Notes: generated from the sequence alone by a model not told the origin. DNA of 46,644 nt from Promethearchaeati archaeon (GCA_013166835.1 JABLTI010000018.1:1-46644), one strand, 5' to 3'; positions 7,645 through 16,816 are shown, numbered from the stretch's first letter. Numbers and translations are program-made.

Positions 7645-9720
7645 ATTTTAAAAGGTAGAAAAAATCGCTTGAAATTAGCAATAGTACTTGTATTCTTGAT
7701 ATCAATTCAATTAGCTACGTTATATTTAATGACGAATAATACAGTAGCAAAGCTTGCTCAACCTGGAACAGATGGTTTGAAAATAAATGGTTATTATTAT
7801 TCAGGTTGGAATCAAACCATAAATGTAGGAATGGATGGTTCATTGCTTGTAGTAGAAGAAATGACTTTTCATTTAGATGCCGGTTCATATGGTTTCGCTT
7901 ATAGAGATTTGAAGTGGAGAAGTTTTCATGATGTGGTATCATGGAGTATTGCTTCTGGACCAGGAACTCCTTCAGTTAATTATCACAAAATGGAGAAAGA
8001 AGCAGATGCTATTAATTTCTATTGGGAGTGGTCTAGAACTACTGTCTCATCTGGTACTGAATATACCTTCATTTTAACATACAATGTATCTTCAGCAATG
8101 GATTTGAGAGGTAATCGTGACAGGGTTTATTGGAATGTTATAGGAGGAGAATTCGAGGTACCAATACATGATATTGATACCATAGTAATATATCCAAAAG
8201 AATACAATATTAGCGACATAAGCTCTCAAACTTATTATCAAGGAACAGGAGCTGGTGATGATAATGGAGTGGTCTCCAATGTTGGTGGAAAAACAAGAGT
8301 TACATATCATCAAGGAACTGTGTATGCTTTAGAATCTTATACAATAGATACTGATTCCCCACCTGCAGGAATAGATATGCCTTTTTCATGGCGAGTTTAT
8401 TTGAATAGTAATTATGTTCTCGTAATAGCATTTGGTTTTGTGCCCATTTTCTTATTCTTTATCTTAGCTTTTCTAATAAAAGGCATCGATCCGAAAGCAA
8501 AAGCAATTCCAGTATTAAATGAAGTTGCTATGAAGAAATGCACTGAATGTGGATACAAAGATAGTCGAAAAATACGCTATTGCCCACAATGTGGGAATGA
8601 CATGAAAACAATTAGTGAAGTTGGTCCACCAAATAATATGTCCCCTGCAGAAGTAGGCACTTTGCTTGATGAGAAATTCGATAAAATTGATTTCGTAGCT
8701 GAAATATTCTATCTAGCAGAACGAGGATATCTAAAGATAATTCAACCAGAAGATAATGATGAAATGTTCTTCCAAAGAACAGAGAAAGAAGAATATTATG
8801 GTAGCCTCTCAAAATTTGATAGAGGGATTATTGAATTCATAGAAAGAAATTCTCACGAAACACTGTGGTTTAGAGAAGAAACAAAAGGTGCTAAAGGACC
8901 CAAAGAAATTCCGGTAGAAGTTACTTCTCTCTCAACCATAAAAAACAATGTCTTGTCTCTTTGGAAGCACAAAGATGATGTTTACAATAAATTGTCTGGT
9001 GGAGATACAAAGTATTTTGATTCAAATCCAGAGAAAGTGAAAAGCTTTTACTTTGGAGCTGCAATATTTACAGGAATAGGTGGCGGAGTCATTATATTCT
9101 TCGCTTCTTCTTTGCTTTATATTAACAATCTAACCTGGGGTATTGCAGGTGTGATAGTTGCAAGCTTGATTGGATTACTTCTCTCGAGGAAAATGCCTAG
9201 ATTAACAAAACATGGTGCTCAAATGAAAGCAAGTTGGCATAGTTACTTGCAATTGATAAGAGGACAAATAATGGGCTTCCCAGACCCATATGAGCAATTC
9301 AATTTCTCTATGGATCATTTCTCGTTCCTGCTAATAGATCCAAAATTCAACTTACCATCACACTTGAAACACATTTCTCAAGAGATATCTAATAGACCTC
9401 CACCTGATAATTTCCACTTTATTACACCTTACTGGTATTTCTATCCTCGAATCTATCTCCCACGACGTGGTGGATTGCGACATAGACCAATTAGAGGATT
9501 TGACAGCGCGGGTAGAGGATTTGAAAGTGTTGTTAGTGGAATAAGTAATATGGCAGAAAGTTTGCCAAGAGCAATATCCAATATGGCTGAAGGATTAACA
9601 TCAGCAATATCAAATATGAGCGAAAGCTTTACCCCACCATCCTCAAGCGGTGGAAGAAGTGGATTTGGCGGCGGCTTCAGCGGAGGTGGAGGTGGCGGTG
9701 GTGGAGGAGGAATCGGATAA
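7645..9720 (+). CDS. DUF2207-family membrane protein with Zn-ribbon insert and Gly-rich tail
   Basis: N-terminal signal/TM, DGSLLVVEE, YWNVIG, PPNNMSPAEVGTLLDE, LAERGYLKI, TM pairs, C-terminal GGGFSGGGGGGGGGG. Start uncertain (ATT 7642/7645 or TTG 7669). Confidence 0.85.
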   Translation: MLKGRKNRLKLAIVLVFLISIQLATLYLMTNNTVAKLAQPGTDGLKINGYYYSGWNQTINVGMDGSLLVVEEMTFHLDAGSYGFAYRDLKWRSFHDVVSWSIASGPGTPSVNYHKMEKEADAINFYWEWSRTTVSSGTEYTFILTYNVSSAMDLRGNRDRVYWNVIGGEFEVPIHDIDTIVIYPKEYNISDISSQTYYQGTGAGDDNGVVSNVGGKTRVTYHQGTVYALESYTIDTDSPPAGIDMPFSWRVYLNSNYVLVIAFGFVPIFLFFILAFLIKGIDPKAKAIPVLNEVAMKKCTECGYKDSRKIRYCPQCGNDMKTISEVGPPNNMSPAEVGTLLDEKFDKIDFVAEIFYLAERGYLKIIQPEDNDEMFFQRTEKEEYYGSLSKFDRGIIEFIERNSHETLWFREETKGAKGPKEIPVEVTSLSTIKNNVLSLWKHKDDVYNKLSGGDTKYFDSNPEKVKSFYFGAAIFTGIGGGVIIFFASSLLYINNLTWGIAGVIVASLIGLLLSRKMPRLTKHGAQMKASWHSYLQLIRGQIMGFPDPYEQFNFSMDHFSFLLIDPKFNLPSHLKHISQEISNRPPPDNFHFITPYWYFYPRIYLPRRGGLRHRPIRGFDSAGRGFESVVSGISNMAESLPRAISNMAEGLTSAISNMSESFTPPSSSGGRSGFGGGFSGGGGGGGGGGIG

Positions 9721-9737
9721 ATTAATTCACATAAGAA

Positions 9738-9769
9738 AGGATGGGATCATATTGTGATCCTTCTATCCT
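9738..9769. terminator. Hairpin between convergent genes
   Basis: AGGAT-GGGATCAT...GTGATCC-ATCCT stem followed by a T-rich tract on + and an A-rich tract (minus-strand U-tract). Confidence 0.5.
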
Positions 9770-9815
9770 CTTATTTTTCTAAAAAAAATTAAAGAAAAAG
9801 AACAAGAAAATAATC

Positions 9816-10364
9816 TTATTCTTTCTTTTTCTCTGCAACTACTCTAGGTTTCTTTAAGACTTGACCGGTTTCTTGGTCGCATTGAACAACAACAGTTTTT
9901 CCAAGTTGATCAGCAAATCTTTGTCGATTTTTATCATTGGTAATCAAGTACCAAGCAAGTAATCCGAAAGCTATTGATGCTTCGATCCAACCTATTAAAC
10001 CTCGAATTGCTACTTTACCTAGATCATCTTCACCTACTGGTCGAAGAGTCCATTTTGCTTCATCATCAATAAACATGATCTTGATATTTTGATTTTTCTT
10101 ACCAATTGATTGACCATCATTTTTGTAAGGCATCCATATGGAAATGAAAAACATAGCAGCAATACCTACAACATACATAAGTAAACCAAGTAACCAACTT
10201 AACCAACTACCAATAATTGGGACATACCCAATAGCAACTTGTAGAATTATTCCAACCACAATTATGCCAACATAAATACCGTAATCTATTAATGCGGCAA
10301 TTAATCTTTCTTTGAAGGTTGCAAGTGCAACTTTCACATCAGGTTTTTCGACTTTTTCATTCAT
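9816..10364 (-). CDS. RDD family membrane protein
   Basis: LATFKERLIAALID, GQSIGK, RQRFADQLGKTVVV. ATG 10364 follows GGAG. Confidence 0.9.
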   Translation of the reverse strand: MNEKVEKPDVKVALATFKERLIAALIDYGIYVGIIVVGIILQVAIGYVPIIGSWLSWLLGLLMYVVGIAAMFFISIWMPYKNDGQSIGKKNQNIKIMFIDDEAKWTLRPVGEDDLGKVAIRGLIGWIEASIAFGLLAWYLITNDKNRQRFADQLGKTVVVQCDQETGQVLKKPRVVAEKKKE

Positions 10365-10570
10365 TAGTATTTTCTCCAACTAATTGGATAATTAACAATA
10401 AGTCCAAGAGCTCTCTTCATATAAAAATAATTTTGGAAAGAAAACTGAAGATATTCGTAAACTGTACAAAACCACAAATAAATTAGAAGAACCTTTAATA
10501 ATTTCAAAAACTACTCAGTCTAAAGATTTTTGTCACAGTGGACTCATCGACAAAAATTTGGTGATTATTT

Positions 10571-12100
10571 ATGGCAGAACAAATAGAAGCAGCTGAGATA
10601 GGCTCAGCTGGAGCAGGTGATAGTGCAGCCATTAAAGAAGCAACGAAAACCGGATGGGGAAATGCCTTTCTCTGGTATTCTTATGATGCTGCAGATACAT
10701 ACTTCTCACAATTAGTGATTAGTCTTGCATATACACCATTTGCTCTCTTACTTGGCATTGCATATATGGGTTGGTCTTATCAAACATCTTTTGTTATTAC
10801 CTCTATTTTTATGGCTGCGTCCAATTTACTAATAGCTGTTTTGGGACCAGTTCTTGGATCATTCTCGGATAATATTGGCAAAAGAAAATCCGCAGTTATA
10901 ATAGCTGCAAGTGTTATGATTGCTACTACAGCGTTAATTACCGCTTGGGTGAATTTCTGGTGGGCTTCAATTCTCTTCTTAATAGCTAATTTTTGCTACC
11001 AAGCTGGCAGAATGTTTTATGATGCTCAAATACCATTTATTGCTGAAACTAAGAAACGTTCGCTTCTTCAAGCTGTTGGCGGTTCGTTAGCCTTTTTTGG
11101 TTCCGTTTTTGGTGTCTTAACAACAATGATTTTGGGTATGGTTTTAGGCAGTTGGACTCATATTGATACTGCAATTTGGGATGCCGATCCCGGGGCATAT
11201 TATGGTCAAGTTGATGTCATTATAGCAGAGCTCAATGGTATCATCAAATGGTTATTCCTAATTGGAGCTATTGTTATTTTGCTTATGTCTATTCCATACT
11301 TTTTCCACAAGGAAGTTGAGAATCCCTCAGATCGTACACTTAAGGAAAATCTTAGAGAATCCTTGAAAACTTTTAGAACTACTGGCAAGGACATTCTCAA
11401 GGATAGGAATTCCATTCTTTTCTTCTTGGGTTGGTTCTTTATTACTGATGCAGCAAATACGGCTATTCTTTATATGGCTGTGATTATACAAGGAGCCGTG
11501 GGTTATACGCCTGAAGTTACGAATTATGTTATTTTTGCAGGCATTGGTGGTAGTCTGATATTTGCTATCCTTACGGGTATTTTCATGAATAAGTATGGAC
11601 CAAAACTTAGTTTCATAATTAATGGACTTAGTTGGGCAATAGCTATTATCATTGTATTCTTTGCGGGGTGGCAATACAAAACGGAGCTGGTTTGGAATGG
11701 TTGGAGCTCTAGTACTATAATACATGAGCTGCCTAAATGGTGGATGTTTATTGGAGCTTTCTTCATCGGCATCGGCTTTGGTGGTATTTGGATCATAGGC
11801 AGACAATTCATCATGATCTTAGCCCCGCCAAAAAGACTTGCTCAATATGGTGGTTTCCAAAAAATCGCTGGTAGAGTGAGTGCTATTGTCTCTCCACTTA
11901 TTTTCGCTGGATTAATCTATGCTTTCACGGGACAATTCGGGGTTCATCATGCGTATAGGTTTGCGTTAGCTGGTTTACTGCTCTTCTTCATTATAGGTGT
12001 TATTCTACTAGTCTTTATCAAAGATCCACATAAACGATACCTTGCAGGCGAACGTGCTCCCTACAAAAACCTTTATCCCCCTAGGAAATCTAAAAAATAA
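10571..12100 (+). CDS. MFS transporter (UMF1/Atg22-like)
   Basis: About 12 hydrophobic segments, W..YDAA, GPVLGSFSDNIGKRK (motif A), FYDAQIP; GGTGA SD. Confidence 0.88.
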   Translation: MAEQIEAAEIGSAGAGDSAAIKEATKTGWGNAFLWYSYDAADTYFSQLVISLAYTPFALLLGIAYMGWSYQTSFVITSIFMAASNLLIAVLGPVLGSFSDNIGKRKSAVIIAASVMIATTALITAWVNFWWASILFLIANFCYQAGRMFYDAQIPFIAETKKRSLLQAVGGSLAFFGSVFGVLTTMILGMVLGSWTHIDTAIWDADPGAYYGQVDVIIAELNGIIKWLFLIGAIVILLMSIPYFFHKEVENPSDRTLKENLRESLKTFRTTGKDILKDRNSILFFLGWFFITDAANTAILYMAVIIQGAVGYTPEVTNYVIFAGIGGSLIFAILTGIFMNKYGPKLSFIINGLSWAIAIIIVFFAGWQYKTELVWNGWSSSTIIHELPKWWMFIGAFFIGIGFGGIWIIGRQFIMILAPPKRLAQYGGFQKIAGRVSAIVSPLIFAGLIYAFTGQFGVHHAYRFALAGLLLFFIIGVILLVFIKDPHKRYLAGERAPYKNLYPPRKSKK

Positions 12101-12130
12101 AAAGATAGGTTTTCAAAACCTTTCTTTTTC
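12101..12130. terminator. Hairpin between convergent genes
   Basis: AAAGA-T-AGGTTT...AAACCT-T-TCTTT with a T-tract on + and an A-run upstream. Confidence 0.5.
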
Positions 12131-12139
12131 TTCTTTCTT

Positions 12140-12508
12140 TTATATTGGAAGCTCTTTCCCTTCTTCAACTAATTGTAGGCATTCTTCAAACATTTCCACA
12201 GCTTTTCTCAGATGTGGAATGATAATTGATCCCCCAACTATTAATGCCACATTCATTGCCTCAAAGAATTCCTCAGAAGTAACTCCTTCCTTTACACAAT
12301 TAATAATATGATAGGTTATACAATCATTGCATCTGAGAACTGTTGAAGAGACTAATCCTAGTAATTCTTTTACTTTTACAGATAAAGCTCCTTCTTCATA
12401 TGCTCGAGAATCCAGAGCGAAGAAACGCTTGATTTGCTTATTATCACTAGCTAATATTCTTTCATTCATTTTTTCCCTGTAAAGCTTAAACTCATCAAGC
12501 TTGTTCAT
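12140..12508 (-). CDS. Carboxymuconolactone decarboxylase / AhpD-like protein
   Basis: GALSVKVKELLGL, LRCNDCITYH (CxxC...H), GVTSEEFFEA, VGGS. Confidence 0.9.
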   Translation of the reverse strand: MNKLDEFKLYREKMNERILASDNKQIKRFFALDSRAYEEGALSVKVKELLGLVSSTVLRCNDCITYHIINCVKEGVTSEEFFEAMNVALIVGGSIIIPHLRKAVEMFEECLQLVEEGKELPI

Positions 12509-12672
12509 AAAATCACATCTATTTTATCCAATAATCATTTTATCTCATTAATACATTTTTTGTTTGACTCTTTTACAATGTTTTCCCGAAAAAATATTAA
12601 GAAAGGTTTTTTTTCGTATAAGCTGGAATATATCATTATAGACTCATTGAGTTCACTGTAGGAGGATTTGCG

Positions 12673-13374
12673 TTGGCAAGAACAGCTCTTAAATGGATAT
12701 TAGGTATTTTACTTACAATTGCTGGCTTTTTTATAGCTGGTGTCGTGATTATTGGCTACACTATGGACGTATCCTGGGACAATAGTTTTGGTGGTATGAT
12801 TAGTGGAATTGTTATGGGATCAATATTTTTTGTTCCCGGTCTTATATTCATAATCTTGGCATTAATTGATGTCTCTCATAATGCATTTGATTTGAGAATC
12901 TCAAAAATCTTGGAAGAAAATGATCGCATTTCTCCTCCTGATCTTGCTAAAAAAGCTCATAGTAATGAGGATAAGATTGAGAAATCAGTTTCAAGAATAA
13001 TTGAAAAAGGTTTGATTATTGTTTATTTTGATAAAGCAACCGGAGAATTCGTTACTCAAGAAGGACGAGCTATCGCTGAAAGAGTAATCGGAATAATTGA
13101 ATCAAAAAGAAGAATTACTTTAGAGGAATTAGTTATTGAAACTGGCATGACTCCAGATGAGGTAAAACGCATAGTCGTAGGTATGGAAAAAAGAGGTTTA
13201 TTTAACGGTACTTATGACTGGAAAAGTGGTAAAATCCTCTCAAGAGATGGAACACGAATGTTAGCTGAAGCGACAACAAATTGCCCTCATTGTGGAGCTA
13301 ATTTGACTGAACCCCCACTAAAAGGCGAAGAAATTAAGTGTGAATTTTGCGGAGAAATTATCACAGGAAAATGA
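12673..13374 (+). CDS. Membrane-anchored protein: 2 TM + tandem PCI-like winged helices + Zn ribbon
   Basis: Two N-terminal TM helices; two WH-like repeats (RISPPDLA...GLIIVYFDKATG; RITLEELV...GLFNGTYDWKSG); CPHCG...CEFCG; GGAGG SD before TTG. Confidence 0.75.
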   Translation: MARTALKWILGILLTIAGFFIAGVVIIGYTMDVSWDNSFGGMISGIVMGSIFFVPGLIFIILALIDVSHNAFDLRISKILEENDRISPPDLAKKAHSNEDKIEKSVSRIIEKGLIIVYFDKATGEFVTQEGRAIAERVIGIIESKRRITLEELVIETGMTPDEVKRIVVGMEKRGLFNGTYDWKSGKILSRDGTRMLAEATTNCPHCGANLTEPPLKGEEIKCEFCGEIITGK

Positions 13375-13389
13375 GTGTATTTTTTCCAC

Positions 13390-13851
13390 TCATATTTTCT
13401 CTATTTTTCTTGTCATTAAATATGCATCAGACAAGTCATCATAATATTGTTTTATAGTACCTGTAATTTTGAATCCATATTCCTCATAGAATTTTATTGC
13501 CGCTGTATTGGTTAGTCGTACTTCTAGTCGTATCAAATTAATGGGGAGCATATCTGTAATCTCGATTACTCTCTCCAAAAGCTTTGAACCAATTCCTTTT
13601 CTTCGGTGTGCTGATTCAACTGCAAGGATCATAATATGTGTTGTCTTGATTGAATAAATTCCAAATACAACAAAACCAACAACGACCCCTTCTCCTCCTC
13701 CTAATTCTGCCACATAAAAATGTTCGATTTCAAATAATGATGTTATAATTTCTTCCGCGTCTTCCTCTGGAAAGCTATCTATACTAATTTTCACTACTTT
13801 CTTGTAATCCTTTTTCTGCACTTTACGAATACAAATTTCAGGTTCTGACAT
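13390..13851 (-). CDS. RimI/Ard1-like N-acetyltransferase (GNAT)
   Basis: HIMILAV, RRKGIGSKLL, LEVRLTN..AIKFYEEYGF, YYDDLSDAYLM. ATG 13851 preferred over TTG 13875. Confidence 0.9.
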   Translation of the reverse strand: MSEPEICIRKVQKKDYKKVVKISIDSFPEEDAEEIITSLFEIEHFYVAELGGGEGVVVGFVVFGIYSIKTTHIMILAVESAHRRKGIGSKLLERVIEITDMLPINLIRLEVRLTNTAAIKFYEEYGFKITGTIKQYYDDLSDAYLMTRKIEKI

Positions 13852-14107
13852 TGAGTGTCTTGCTTCCCTATCCAAGCTAATCTGCTCTTGAGTGTTTTCT
13901 TTTAAGTATTTTTAGCAAACATCTTTTATAGTAGCTATGCTTGTTATATCATTTGTCACTTAATCTTTTACATAGAATTATGTGTAAAACTAGTGAATAA
14001 AGCATAACGCTTATTTAGTAGTGAAAATCCCTCAAAATATGTAAAATAATTTCATTTAGTGAGAGTCTAATTCATCACTTTATTACGTAAAAACTGGAGC
14101 GTAAAGA

Positions 14108-15334
14108 ATGTCGACCAATATTACTGAGTTATTGAAAAGTTTGAATTCCAAAGATGCCATAAAAAGAGTAAAAGCTGCGAAAGTCCTGGGAGAATTAGGA
14201 AATAGAAAAGCTACTTCTGAATTAATGAAGGCATTAAAGGAAAATCCTGATGTGGATACAAGAATAGCCTGTGCACAAGCTCTAGGAAAAATTGGTGATA
14301 GAGAAGCAACAGAACTGATTATTGATACTTTTAAAGCAGACCCTGATAAAAAAGTAAAAGCTGCTTTGCTCTCTGCTTTAGGTGAACTAGGTGATGATTC
14401 CGCATTTGCTACACTAATGGATGCAATGCTAAATGAAAAACTAATTCTTATACGTGAAGCTGCAACTACTGCTTTAGGGAAATTAAATAATAAATCTGCA
14501 GCGGATGATTTGCAGAATCTTGTTCGAACAGATAAAAATACAAAAATTGTTGTGGCAGCAATAAAATCGCTCTATCTTCTGGGTGAAAGAAAAGCTGCTC
14601 CTTTATTCAAGGAGTTATTAGAATCTTCCAAAGAAATACCCATTCGTACAGAGGTTGCTTCAGGATTAGGACGAATAGGTGGAAGAGCAGCGATTCAACC
14701 ATTGGTTGCTATATTGAAGAAAGAGGAAAGTGAAATAGTCAGAGAAGCAATTGTCGTTTCATTGGGTAGAATTGCTAATACAACTGCTGTTGATACTCTC
14801 ATTGACTCTTTGAAGAAAGATAAAAGCCCCATAGTCAGAAAAAGTGCTGCTTGGGCACTAAGACGTATAAGGGATGGTCGAATTACTGCTGCTTTGATGT
14901 CACAATTAGATAAAGAAACTTTCGAAGCTGTGAAACAGGAAATAATCTCCTCATTAGGAAAACATCGGGAACGAAAAGCAGTAAATGCTATTATTGATAC
15001 CCTCAAGAATTCTAAAGATGAACAAGTAAGAAGATCAGCTGCTATTGCATTAGGAGACATTAATGATAAGAAAGCTGTCGAACCTTTACTCCATCAATTG
15101 GAAGTCGATAAAATTCCCGAAGTAAGAAAATATGCTGCTTGGTCATTAAGCAAGCTGAAGAGTGTTAATTCCAAAGAACTTTTAGTAGCTCTCAAAAAGA
15201 AAGAGAAAGATTCACAAGTAAAAGATATGATACAAACAGCAATTAATGCCATAGATGATGCTATTCATCATGCAGAAGAAGAAGCAAAAAAAGCAGAGGA
15301 ACGCTCTAAAAGAGAAGAATATTATTATTTCTAA
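14108..15334 (+). CDS. HEAT-repeat (PBS-lyase-like) protein, 12 repeats, C-terminal HbYX-like tail
   Basis: Regular 32-aa repeats of type AVxxLxxxLxxDxxxxVRxxAAxALGxIG; charged helical tail ending EEYYYF. Confidence 0.9.
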   Translation: MSTNITELLKSLNSKDAIKRVKAAKVLGELGNRKATSELMKALKENPDVDTRIACAQALGKIGDREATELIIDTFKADPDKKVKAALLSALGELGDDSAFATLMDAMLNEKLILIREAATTALGKLNNKSAADDLQNLVRTDKNTKIVVAAIKSLYLLGERKAAPLFKELLESSKEIPIRTEVASGLGRIGGRAAIQPLVAILKKEESEIVREAIVVSLGRIANTTAVDTLIDSLKKDKSPIVRKSAAWALRRIRDGRITAALMSQLDKETFEAVKQEIISSLGKHRERKAVNAIIDTLKNSKDEQVRRSAAIALGDINDKKAVEPLLHQLEVDKIPEVRKYAAWSLSKLKSVNSKELLVALKKKEKDSQVKDMIQTAINAIDDAIHHAEEEAKKAEERSKREEYYYF

Positions 15335-15360
15335 TCTTCCTCTGAGATTTCTATTTTTTG

Positions 15361-15789
15361 CTACACTAGTTTCTCTTGGTGATAATCACCAATTAATTCT
15401 CCAAAAGATAATCCTTTGTTAGAAGCTAAAGCGAAAGTGATTTTGTAATTGCTACCATTTTTCACTCTTTCGAGCTGATCTGGAACCTTCAGGAAAAAGA
15501 ATCCTTTCCTTCGATTCTTGAATTTTACCCCTACATACGATACAAATCCTATCCGTTTCGCAAATTCTAACAACCCATTAATTTGCTCTTCATTGATATA
15601 CAAGGTGTCTTTTCGAACTGTTTTGATTTCCAAAACAAGAAATTTGTCTCGAGTAATTGATCCTGCTATCAAATCAGGTCTTGGAAGAGTTGTACCGCCA
15701 CCAGAAGCTGGTGAACGTAATACTGCAAAACCAGCATCCCAGAATTTGTGAACTAAATCTCTTTCTGCACGGATTCCACTAGATGACAT
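15361..15789 (-). CDS. hjc: Holliday junction resolvase Hjc
   Basis: G.RAERDLV..FW..GFAVLRSPASG, PDLIAG, LEIK (PD-(D/E)xK nuclease), EEQINGLLEFA. Confidence 0.93.
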   Translation of the reverse strand: MSSSGIRAERDLVHKFWDAGFAVLRSPASGGGTTLPRPDLIAGSITRDKFLVLEIKTVRKDTLYINEEQINGLLEFAKRIGFVSYVGVKFKNRRKGFFFLKVPDQLERVKNGSNYKITFALASNKGLSFGELIGDYHQEKLV

Positions 15790-15945
15790 ATCTATTCCCT
15801 AGGGAAAATTATCTTTCATATAATAAAAACTTAAGGAGAGAGATGAGCGAAATTAACACTAACGGATAAAAGGAACTCTTATCAATAAGTTCAGATGGTA
15901 TTAGAAAAAGTGTTTAGTTGGTTCTAGTAATAAAAACAGAATTGG

Positions 15946-16090
15946 CTGGATAGCGATGATCCCAGAAAAAGAACCATTGTTCCGAAAAACAATGGGGAGC
16001 GCGTATGTTTAGGGATCGATCGCAATCCAGTGCAGGTGAACAGGTCTCTTTTCAAAGACCATATTTCGAACAAGGTCTCTCTTGTTTGAA
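15946..16090 (-). ncRNA. Candidate structured RNA (3' UTR element or small RNA), family unknown
   Basis: Minus strand: long stem CTGGATTGCGATCGATCCC/GGGATCATCGCTATCCAG enclosing a 9-bp hairpin with a UUCG loop, a 7-bp hairpin with a GAAA loop, and a third hairpin. 15946-16030 is 47% GC in an AT-rich intergenic context. Confidence 0.6.
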
Positions 16091-16096
16091 GCGTAA

Positions 16097-16816
16097 CTAA
16101 TTTTTGGTCAGTTTCATGACCATTGAGACAGCTGCGATTACATCTTCAGCTGGTATGCCTACTCCTCGTTTGTAGATCAATAAAGTGCCTTTGTTGGTTA
16201 TCTGAGCACTAATTTGACTGCCAGTAGGAAGATCAATGTATCCTCTGAAAAAGCGGATAACACCTTGTCTTCTATAAATGGTCCATTCTGCGGAATCGAG
16301 AATTTCGCCACTTAATTGTATTTGACTGAGAGCAGGATTATCTAGTTCTGAAATTTGAACTGTTTTAACTAATGCCGCATCACGGCAGAGTGAAACCATT
16401 GAGCTTTCACTCAAATTAACACCATCGAACTCAACACCCAAGATGCTCATTAATGGTAGTAATCCTTTCTTTGATACCCAAGAAGTTCCTCGACATTCGA
16501 GATATCTCTCTTTGGTATGAATAATATATTCGCAACGACCTTGCGAGTAGATAGCTTGTGTTTCCATTTCTCCATCTTTCATTCTTTGGACAGTAATTGG
16601 TTGTCCTACAGTATAGTAAACACTAATCATGCTACCATCGGTGTCCACATCAGAGAACCCTTCATAGAATTTACGTTCCTTAAATTCAATAGGATGTTCC
16701 TTGAGTTTTCTCACAATAGTACTTGCAGCTCCGAGTGATCCTCCATTAACATGATAAAGTCTTAATGGGAGAACCATACCTCTAGGTATAATTAGTCCAT
16801 TTGTTTGAAGTGCCAT
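16097..16816 (-). CDS. Uncharacterized soluble alpha/beta protein (possibly RdgC/DUF4747-like)
   Basis: 239-aa ORF with ATG, AGGTGA SD (16821-16826) and upstream TATA. Fold guess comes only from the strand/helix pattern. Confidence 0.8.
   Translation of the reverse strand: MALQTNGLIIPRGMVLPLRLYHVNGGSLGAASTIVRKLKEHPIEFKERKFYEGFSDVDTDGSMISVYYTVGQPITVQRMKDGEMETQAIYSQGRCEYIIHTKERYLECRGTSWVSKKGLLPLMSILGVEFDGVNLSESSMVSLCRDAALVKTVQISELDNPALSQIQLSGEILDSAEWTIYRRQGVIRFFRGYIDLPTGSQISAQITNKGTLLIYKRGVGIPAEDVIAAVSMVMKLTKN

Noticed and set aside
9640-9717. GGN-rich and (at 18190-18235) GAY-rich tandem repeats
   Set aside because: Simply encode the Gly-rich and acidic protein tails, with mixed synonymous codons.
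15946-16090. Structured element as tRNA, 5S rRNA, SRP RNA, SECIS, hammerhead, C/D or H/ACA RNA
   Set aside because: No cloverleaf or T-loop, no 5S or SRP consensus, no CUGAnGA core, no clear C/D boxes or terminal ACA, and the upstream gene has no in-frame TGA to recode.
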